IMG/VR virus record: IMGVR_UViG_3300032893_000164
Coordinates: 1 to 38,473 of that record
Source: a virus
Direction: 5' to 3' (one strand)
Length of the DNA: 38,473 nucleotides
Shown here: piece after piece, positions 31,621 through 38,473 of the stretch
Numbering within the stretch: the first letter of the stretch is position 1
Layout: every line of letters starts with the position of its first letter
Position numbers and translations under genes: made by a program
Notes under the pieces: generated by a model
What the model was told of the DNA's origin: nothing
Databases searched by the model: none
What the model saw: only the letters and a program-made list of their open reading frames with translations

Positions 31621-32856
31621 GTGGGTGCGATTGGCGGATTTCTAGGATTCGGCGGCGGAGCAAGTGGAACCGGCTTTGCGGCACCTGCTCCATCAACCAT
31701 CGCAGCTCCGACGACTCCAGACCAGATTTCTGGCGCTTATTCTGGCAATCAAGCCGCTCTCGCTGCTCAACAAAAGCTTCTCCAAGCACTCCAAGCCCAA
31801 AATGGCCTAGCCAACCAGTCCCAAGTCTATAATCAGCTTCAGGGTGTTGTAAGCGGAACGGGGCCTAATCCTGCTCAGGCGATGCTCAGTAATGCCACAG
31901 GCCAGAATGTCGCCAATCAGGCGGCACTCATGGCTGGCCAGCGCGGAGCATCTTCGAATGTGGGATTGCTTGCAAGGCAGGCTGCACAGCAGGGTGCGGC
32001 GACTCAGCAACAGGCGGTGGGCCAAGGCGCAGCCCTTCAGGCTCAGCAATCACTCAATGCTTTGACTGGGGCTGGAAATATCGCCAATACCCAAGTTGGT
32101 AATCAGATTGCGGCGACGACCGCTAACACCCAGGCGCAGCAACAGGAACAGCAACAGCTTTTAGCCGCTCTTCAGGGGTACAATACCAATCTCACCGCAT
32201 CTCAGCAGAGTGTGAATGCTGGCAATACAGCACTTGCCCAAACGGGCATGGGTGCTCAGCAGGGACTGCTTGGCGGTCTTCTTAATGGCGCTGGTGCTGT
32301 ACTTGGCGGCGGGGCAAGTGGCGGCGAGGTTAAAAAATACGATGAAGGGGGACAGGTTTCTACCTCTTCTGATCCAGACTATAATGGTGCAAACGCTCCA
32401 TTTGCTCCCCCCGGATCCATGGCCTCTCAAATGGCGTCTGCGCCAGTGGTTGCACCGACTCCTCCGCCCGTTCAAAGTAAGTTCGGCCAGTTTTTGAAAA
32501 CTCTCGGAACCACTTCACAACCACAAATGTCGAATTCTGTAGGCGGCGGGGGGCAAGCGCAGAATCCGCTTTTCCAAGGCATGTCGTCTTTTAGCTCGAG
32601 TCTCTTTGGCGGCGATGACGCCGGAGCTCGTGGCGGAAATGTGGGCTCGAAGCTAAAAACAGGCGGAAAGGTCCCTGGAAAGCCCACGGTCGGCGGCGCA
32701 GTCAATAGCTATAAAAACGATAACGTGAAGGCTTTGTTAAGTCCTGGAGAAATCGTCATTCCGCGATCGGTGACAATGTCGAAAGATCCGGTTCGGGGTG
32801 CGGCTCAATTCGTCGCTCAAGTGGTTGCCAAACGCAAGGCTAAGGGGGCCAAGTGA
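31621..32856 (+). CDS. Internal virion / ejection protein (Q/A/N/G-rich, 411 aa)
   Basis: GTG start 6 nt after AAGGAG. The C-terminus has GGEV, YDEGGQV, KTGGKVPGKP and LSPGEIVIPRSV. Confidence 0.7.
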   Translation: MGAIGGFLGFGGGASGTGFAAPAPSTIAAPTTPDQISGAYSGNQAALAAQQKLLQALQAQNGLANQSQVYNQLQGVVSGTGPNPAQAMLSNATGQNVANQAALMAGQRGASSNVGLLARQAAQQGAATQQQAVGQGAALQAQQSLNALTGAGNIANTQVGNQIAATTANTQAQQQEQQQLLAALQGYNTNLTASQQSVNAGNTALAQTGMGAQQGLLGGLLNGAGAVLGGGASGGEVKKYDEGGQVSTSSDPDYNGANAPFAPPGSMASQMASAPVVAPTPPPVQSKFGQFLKTLGTTSQPQMSNSVGGGGQAQNPLFQGMSSFSSSLFGGDDAGARGGNVGSKLKTGGKVPGKPTVGGAVNSYKNDNVKALLSPGEIVIPRSVTMSKDPVRGAAQFVAQVVAKRKAKGAK

Positions 32857-34667
32857 AAGGGCTCGATTTAAGAAAGTTTCATAAAGTTAGGGAAGATGCC
32901 AAATTGGCCATTTTGAGTCATCCGGATGGCCATGAGATTCGAATTGCGAAGTCCGTAATCTCGCCAAGTCTAAGAGAACAGCTTTCTAAGTTGAAAATGG
33001 CCGATGGCGGAGATGTAGAAAAGAAAGATGAGTCCATCACAGCCACAGCAAAATCTTTGTCTCGTGCTGGCGAAAAGATGAAGGGCATTAAAGGCGTTCA
33101 CGAGCCGAGCCGCAGTAATCCTCAAGGCGGAACCAGCGTTGCTGGAGAATATTCTCAATTTGGCGCTCCAGGTAGCCCAATGAGCGGGGTTCCAACTGCA
33201 AAGCATTTGCACCGCCAAAAACTTGAGGAAATGAAGGCCATGCCTAAGCCGCCGCTCATGGCCGACGGCACAAATCCAGATGATTCTTCGCAAGCGCCGC
33301 TCGAGATCTCGCAAGTTGATCCTAATAGCACTGAAGGCAAAGGCTTGGCACAATTGACTCCACAAACGCCTTCTCAACCCATGGATCCAGAGAGTCCAGC
33401 TCCCGCCATTGACCGAGTTCCGGCTTCCCAAATGGGTCCTCCGGCTCCGGAAGCGGGTCCTGCCGCTATTGATGACTATTCTCAGAATACTGCAGGCGAT
33501 CCGAATCAAATTAATCCGGCTCAGATCAAGCAGGAATTGACTCAAGAGGATCAGGCTTGGCAGAATGATTTGAACAACGGGCATATCCATCCCGAAACCT
33601 ATTCTAGTCTTTTTGCCAAGAAAGATACGCTCGGAAAAATTGGAACTATCTTCGGTCTAATGATGAGCGGAGCGGGATCCGGTCTTTCTCATCAGCCCAA
33701 TGCGCTTTTGGGCATGATGAACCAACAGATTAAAAACGATCTAGACGCACAAGTTCAGAGCAAAACGAATGCTCAGAATTACCTGAAAATCAATCTTCAG
33801 CAGCAACTTCAGCAAGGTCAGCTTGCCAAGATGGTCCAGGAAGGAAAGCTAAACGAAGCGCAGGCAAGAGCTGCGCTCATTAATGCAAATGTAAGTGCTT
33901 ATGCGTTGGCTAATATTCAGATGAACCGTGCCGCACTCCATAAGATGACTCAAAACATTCAAAAACTTCCATTAGGGTCTCCGCAAAGAGTCCAGGCGGA
34001 AAACACGCTAGCTATGATGTTTCAGGGCGTGAACAATGAAAATTTCAACATTGCCGATCGCGCTGCAGCCGCCGCAGCTCTGGCTGGAACGGCAACCCAG
34101 TCTGGATCTGGTTCCGAAGCCGCTTTCCAAAGAAAAGATTTGGCTTTGAGAATGTCTGGAAACGATAAGCTGGCTCAGAATATGGAAGACAAACATATCC
34201 CTGGCATCAAGGGAGAGGCGTCTATTCCTTTGAATTCTGCTGATAGAGAGCAAATCAATAGCGGAATCACATTTCAGCAGCAGCTCGATCGATTCAGAAA
34301 CTGGACGCAGGCGCATTCCGGGGATTTGAGTCCTGCGGATATCAATGAGGGCATGGCGCTCTCTGCTGGCTTGAATAATGCCTATCGCCAGGCTACGCAC
34401 GGAGGAGTCTTTAAAGAATCTGAAAATCAATTTATCGGCAAGGTCATTGATGAGGATCCGACTAAGTTCTTTAATAGCATTCGAGTCATGCCGAAATTAG
34501 ACGCCGTAAAACGTGATTCCGCGGCTCAGCTTGATCAGCTTTTGAAAAGCAAAGGATTTGCAGGTTATTCTGGATCTTCTAGCGGCGGGTCTCAGCCTCA
34601 ATACAAGATTGTGAATGGGGTTAAATATAAGCGTGGTCCAAAAGGCGAAGCCATTCGGGTTAAATAA
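32853..34667 (+). CDS. Internal virion / ejection protein (604 aa)
   Basis: Position and size are like T7 gp15-class proteins. Contains KMADGGDV and LMADG. Confidence 0.7.
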   Translation: MKGLDLRKFHKVREDAKLAILSHPDGHEIRIAKSVISPSLREQLSKLKMADGGDVEKKDESITATAKSLSRAGEKMKGIKGVHEPSRSNPQGGTSVAGEYSQFGAPGSPMSGVPTAKHLHRQKLEEMKAMPKPPLMADGTNPDDSSQAPLEISQVDPNSTEGKGLAQLTPQTPSQPMDPESPAPAIDRVPASQMGPPAPEAGPAAIDDYSQNTAGDPNQINPAQIKQELTQEDQAWQNDLNNGHIHPETYSSLFAKKDTLGKIGTIFGLMMSGAGSGLSHQPNALLGMMNQQIKNDLDAQVQSKTNAQNYLKINLQQQLQQGQLAKMVQEGKLNEAQARAALINANVSAYALANIQMNRAALHKMTQNIQKLPLGSPQRVQAENTLAMMFQGVNNENFNIADRAAAAAALAGTATQSGSGSEAAFQRKDLALRMSGNDKLAQNMEDKHIPGIKGEASIPLNSADREQINSGITFQQQLDRFRNWTQAHSGDLSPADINEGMALSAGLNNAYRQATHGGVFKESENQFIGKVIDEDPTKFFNSIRVMPKLDAVKRDSAAQLDQLLKSKGFAGYSGSSSGGSQPQYKIVNGVKYKRGPKGEAIRVK

Positions 34668-36685
34668 TGCCTAGTTTTTTCACAGTCGATCGAGGATTGC
34701 CCTGCAGAAACCCCAGCTGTAAGAGCTATGGACGACCTCATCCCAACTGCAATTGCTATGCATTTAAGGCCGAAGGCGGAGAAGCGGAAAGCGTTTGCTC
34801 TTCCATGCAGCCGCATAACCGAGAATGCGAATACTATGCAGATGGCGGCGATGTTTTGCCGTCTTTTGATGCTCTCGATGACGATAGTTCAAATCCTAAT
34901 CCACAACCAACTTCTGATCCATCCACACAGTCTTTTGACGACCTGGTAGACGACAATACCGTTCCGGCCTCTACTGGGCTCAAGTTTGATGACCTAAAAG
35001 ATGATCAGGAGAAATACGGGACACCGGCTCAACAAATCGGAGCTGGAATTGAGGGTTTGGCTCAGGGAGTTTTATCCAAGCCTCTCGCCGTATGGGCAGA
35101 AACTCATTTGCTTGGTCAAAACCCAGAAGACATTGCGGGTAGAGAGTCCGTAAATCCAATTACGCATGCGGCTGCTGAAGCGACTGGTCTTGTTGGCGGA
35201 TTCTTAACCGGAACCGGAGAGGCCGGACTCATTGCGAAGGGCGTTGGAAAGATTATTCCTGAAGCCATCGGAGCGGCAGGAACTCTCGGTAAAATTGGAT
35301 CTGCCGCAGTTAAGGGATTCATTGAAAACGCAGCCATTCAGGGTACCGATGAAATTGGAAATGCGATGCTTGGAAAGGGAGATCCAGAGACTCCCTGGGC
35401 AAGTGCAGCGGCTCACATGGGTGCGGCTGGAATTCTTGGGGGCATTGGCGGCGCTGCCTTTGGCACAGGTCGTGCGGCATTGAAAGCTATCGGAGAATCT
35501 CAGTTAGGTACCCGGATAACGGACTTTTTGTCTGGTATCGGTGCCGCATCTCGCGGGGAGGAAATGCCTGGCGGTGCCATGTTTAATGCCGGCATGAAAT
35601 TTTATAATAAGGGCATTGGTCAAATCGTTAAAGGTGCGGCTAGGACCATTACAGATGTACTTGGCGGAATCGCTGGGGCTAAGTCGAATGTTCCTGGGGG
35701 CGGTGCTATTGGAACAGTTTTGGCTGACCATGTTGCACCCTACATTGAAAAGTTAATTGGCAGACCCATTACGGGTGTTGCTCAAAAGTATATCCCCGAG
35801 GCGGTCATGAAAATCCTGACCGCAGGAGACATAACTGGGGTCTGGGATGCGATTAATTATGCGCACCACGTTGGCAGTGGAGCTCAGCTGATTAACAAAG
35901 GCATTTCATCGGTGTTCAAGGCTGGTGGACAACAGGCTGTGGAATTTCAGGCATCGGAAAATGCACGAGAGAAATTAAAGCATTACATTCAAGAGGGCGG
36001 ATTAAACCAGCAAATTCAATCTCAGCAGCAACAGGATCAAGTCCAGCCGTTTCCGTTTGCTCATGGCGGGGAAGTTCCGGAAAAGCCGCTTCCTCCGCAG
36101 CAGCCTGTTCTTCAAAACACGGATCCTATTTCAAAGCACTGGCCTGATCAGGGAATGCTCATGAGCGCCGCTAAAGGTCGAATCGTCAATTATTTGAATT
36201 CCGTGCGCCCACTTCCTCCCGTCGGCCAGCTTCCTTATGATGAACATCACGAGGATCCTCATCAAAAACGAGTTTATGACCGAGCAATTGATATTGCTCT
36301 ACAGCCCATGAGTATTTTGAATCACATTAAATCAGGAACGCTTGATCCGGAGACCTTGCAGCATTTTACGAGTATGTATCCCGAACTCCATAGCCATCTG
36401 TCTAAGAAATTAACCGAAAAGATTATGCAGACTAAGATGGATGAGGAGAAGCCGAATTACAAAGTCCGGCAATCTATGTCTTATTTCTTAGGAGCTCCGC
36501 TGGATAGCACATTTACTCCGGCTTCGATTCAGGCGGCTCAAAGTGTTTTTATAAATAAACGCCAACAGCAAATCCAAGCGCAGCCGCCAATAAAAGTAAA
36601 AAAAGGAACCGCGCCGCTTTCAAAGGCATCTTCTCAATACGAAACGCAATCTCAAGCGTCTATTGCTAGACAGAGGAACAGCTAG
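34667..36685 (+). CDS. Internal virion / ejection protein (672 aa)
   Basis: Cys-rich N-terminus (CRNPSCKSYGRPHPNCNC). Contains YYADGGDV and FAHGGEV, plus a Gly-rich hydrophobic middle. Confidence 0.7.
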   Translation: MPSFFTVDRGLPCRNPSCKSYGRPHPNCNCYAFKAEGGEAESVCSSMQPHNRECEYYADGGDVLPSFDALDDDSSNPNPQPTSDPSTQSFDDLVDDNTVPASTGLKFDDLKDDQEKYGTPAQQIGAGIEGLAQGVLSKPLAVWAETHLLGQNPEDIAGRESVNPITHAAAEATGLVGGFLTGTGEAGLIAKGVGKIIPEAIGAAGTLGKIGSAAVKGFIENAAIQGTDEIGNAMLGKGDPETPWASAAAHMGAAGILGGIGGAAFGTGRAALKAIGESQLGTRITDFLSGIGAASRGEEMPGGAMFNAGMKFYNKGIGQIVKGAARTITDVLGGIAGAKSNVPGGGAIGTVLADHVAPYIEKLIGRPITGVAQKYIPEAVMKILTAGDITGVWDAINYAHHVGSGAQLINKGISSVFKAGGQQAVEFQASENAREKLKHYIQEGGLNQQIQSQQQQDQVQPFPFAHGGEVPEKPLPPQQPVLQNTDPISKHWPDQGMLMSAAKGRIVNYLNSVRPLPPVGQLPYDEHHEDPHQKRVYDRAIDIALQPMSILNHIKSGTLDPETLQHFTSMYPELHSHLSKKLTEKIMQTKMDEEKPNYKVRQSMSYFLGAPLDSTFTPASIQAAQSVFINKRQQQIQAQPPIKVKKGTAPLSKASSQYETQSQASIARQRNS

Positions 36686-36868
36686 CGACCGGATTTGGGT
36701 CCGATTACGCCAGCCGACCACAAAATAGCCACGGTAATAACAGCTTCCCAAAATGCACTCATTTTCAACCTCAATCCCATTCTCTCATAATTGACGCACC
36801 AAGTCAAGAGTGTCATCTGGGGCATGGGTAGATACGAGGCCATAAGCCTTAACCCAAGAGGAGTATCT

Positions 36869-37261
36869 ATGTCAGATCGCCCGCTTATAGCACCCATCTT
36901 CAATAAACCTTTGATTTCTGCGGGCGACATGTCCGGAAATATCACGGGACCAGCCACTGTCATTCAGCGACTTCCCGGAATCTCTTACGATATTAAATGG
37001 ACCGGAAATCCAACCGGAACCTTCGCTGTCCAGGTTTCTAACACCTACGCCATCAATCCAGACGGATCGGTTGCGAATGCCGGGAATTGGACCTCTCTTC
37101 CGACCGCATCGTTTACCGGAACTTATCCTGCGCCCGCGGGGAGTGGCGGCACTGGATTTTTAGATGTTGTGGGCACTGAGGCTTATGCCGTTCGTCTCAT
37201 TTACACGGCTGGCAGCGGTTCTGGCTCCCTTACGGTTGTAGCCGCGGCGAAGGTACTATGA
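36869..37261 (+). CDS. Virion protein preceding the tail fibre (130 aa)
   Basis: ATG at 36869 follows AGAGGAG. The stop overlaps the fibre start (ATGA). Confidence 0.7.
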   Translation: MSDRPLIAPIFNKPLISAGDMSGNITGPATVIQRLPGISYDIKWTGNPTGTFAVQVSNTYAINPDGSVANAGNWTSLPTASFTGTYPAPAGSGGTGFLDVVGTEAYAVRLIYTAGSGSGSLTVVAAAKVL

Positions 37262-38473
37262 CTTACGCTAGGTACAATGGATTAGCGGGGGCCGGTTCTA
37301 GTTCCGGAGTTACAAGCCTCAATACCTTGACTGGGGATATTACATTAGCTGCGGGAGCGAATATCACCATCACTCCGAGCGGTCAGACTCTTACCATTTC
37401 GGCCACTGGAGTAACCAGTGGAAATCTTACTGATGCTGGAACAGACGGAATTACAATTACAGGTGGAACTGGTGCTGTAATTGGTTCCGGAACATCGATA
37501 GCTCAGCATGTCGCAGATGCGACTCACAACGGTTATCTTTCATCTTCAGATTGGAGTACTTTTAACAGTAAGCAATCGGCTGGAAATTATATTACCGCTC
37601 TTACTGGCGACGTGACGGCCTCTGGTCCTGGATCGGTTGCAGCCACCCTTGTGGCGACAAGTAATGCCACCCTTACGACTCTTTCTGCATTGACCACAGC
37701 ATCGTCTCTTGCATCAGTTGGAACTATCACATCTGGAACATGGAGTGCGACAACCGTTGCGGTCAATAAAGGCGGCAGCGGACAAACGTCCTATACCGAT
37801 GGTCAACTGTTGATCGGAAATTCATCTGGTAATACGCTTAGTAAAGCAACGTTAACAGCTGGAACTGGAATAGCGATTACAAATGGGAATGGATCGATCA
37901 GCATTGCCGCAAGCGGCGCGCCGGCTCTGAGTGTTACTGGCGTAAAGACTGGCGCATATAACATTCAGACGACTGATAACGTTGTTCCTTGCGACTCTTC
38001 TGGGGGCACCTTTGCAGTGGTGCTTCCAACGGCATCTGGAAATAGTGGTCTTCAGATCGAGGTCAAAAAAGTCGACAGCAGCTTTACGGTGGTCACAATA
38101 AACACCACGTCTAGTCAGACTATTGATGGTGTGACATCCACTAAACTCGCCACTCAATATGAATCAATCACAGTCGTATCGGATGGCTCTAACTGGCTTG
38201 TCGCAGTTCGACGAATTCCATCCCAATGGGCTACAGTCACTCCTACATGGACGGGACTAGGCACTCCTTCAGCAAATAATGGTTTCATGCGCAGAGAGGG
38301 CGATTCTCTGAGGATGAGGGGCACAGTAACAAGCGGTACTTCTACTGCGGTTCCGCTTAAGGTGGCTGTTCCTAATTCTCTCACGATAGATTCGACTAAG
38401 GTATCGACAACGACTCAGACGCAGGGAGTGGGTATCGCCACTAGAACGGCCGGATCGTTGAAAAACATCTTTT
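37258..38473 (+). CDS. Tail fibre protein, N-terminal 405 codons (open at the window end; continues at nt 128 and stops at 309; 465 aa in total)
   Basis: Not in the ORF track because it has no stop inside the window. Hand translation: MTYARYNGLAGAGSSSGVTSLNTLTGDITLAAGANITITPSG...GYLSSSDWSTFNSK...VAVNKGGSGQTSYTDGQLLIGN, which are typical fibre repeat motifs. Confidence 0.85.
   Translation, partial: MTYARYNGLAGAGSSSGVTSLNTLTGDITLAAGANITITPSGQTLTISATGVTSGNLTDAGTDGITITGGTGAVIGSGTSIAQHVADATHNGYLSSSDWSTFNSKQSAGNYITALTGDVTASGPGSVAATLVATSNATLTTLSALTTASSLASVGTITSGTWSATTVAVNKGGSGQTSYTDGQLLIGNSSGNTLSKATLTAGTGIAITNGNGSISIAASGAPALSVTGVKTGAYNIQTTDNVVPCDSSGGTFAVVLPTASGNSGLQIEVKKVDSSFTVVTINTTSSQTIDGVTSTKLATQYESITVVSDGSNWLVAVRRIPSQWATVTPTWTGLGTPSANNGFMRREGDSLRMRGTVTSGTSTAVPLKVAVPNSLTIDSTKVSTTTQTQGVGIATRTAGSLKNIF
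38347..38473. repeat. Terminal direct repeat, copy 2 of 2 (identical to 1..127)
   Basis: Same 127-nt string as the window start; lies inside the open tail-fibre reading frame. Confidence 0.95.

Noticed and set aside
31621-32300. Gln/Ala-rich region as a DNA tandem repeat
   Set aside because: The bias is at the amino-acid level only. Codons vary and I could find no repeating nucleotide unit.
37258-38473. Diversity-generating retroelement acting on the tail fibre (template/variable repeat pair plus reverse transcriptase)
   Set aside because: I saw no reverse-transcriptase-sized ORF or motif. The only repeat of the fibre's 3' region elsewhere is the trivial 127-bp end duplication.

Overview
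The window appears to be one complete tailed-phage genome. Its first 127 nt are identical to its last 127 nt, so the non-redundant circular unit is 38,346 bp, and the tail-fibre gene runs across the junction (37258..38473 continues in frame into 1..309).

There are two divergent transcription blocks, separated by a ~445-bp AT-rich control region (12298..12742).

- **Rightward block (12752 -> 38473 -> wrap -> 2131).** It starts with small genes of unknown function. A packaging and virion module follows in podovirus/T7-like order: TerS-like, TerL, portal, scaffold, major capsid, FN3-adaptor, fibre-like protein, a 1042-aa gp12-like tail protein, three large internal or ejection proteins, and the tail fibre. 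It ends with a Gram-negative lysis cassette: candidate endolysin, holin-like protein, and overlapped i-/o-spanin.
- **Leftward block (12297 -> 2135).** This is about 30 small, tightly coupled genes with many ATGA overlaps. It includes a Rad52/Sak-like annealing protein, a DUF1064-like nuclease and a DUF3307 membrane protein. It ends with a glycosyltransferase pair plus a membrane-anchored Ig-like protein.

I could not recognise a DNA polymerase, RNA polymerase, primase/helicase, integrase or repressor.

Most unusual items:
1. An early gene encoding a flawless (Gly-X)51 dipeptide-repeat acidic protein.
2. A second low-complexity protein about 1 kb away (Ala with S/Y/D guests) built with the same codon grammar.
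3. A tRNA-shaped gene whose anticodon arm is 10 nt too long, sitting between two terminators in the capsid region.
4. An exact 15-mer repeated after terL and immediately after that tRNA-like gene.
5. A Fur-box-like 7-1-7 palindrome in the divergent control region.
6. A short Phi-A-x-G-G-x-V peptide motif recurring about 10 times in four virion proteins.
7. Two GNAT acetyltransferases, one embedded in the virion module.

All family names come from motif recognition by eye. No database search was run.
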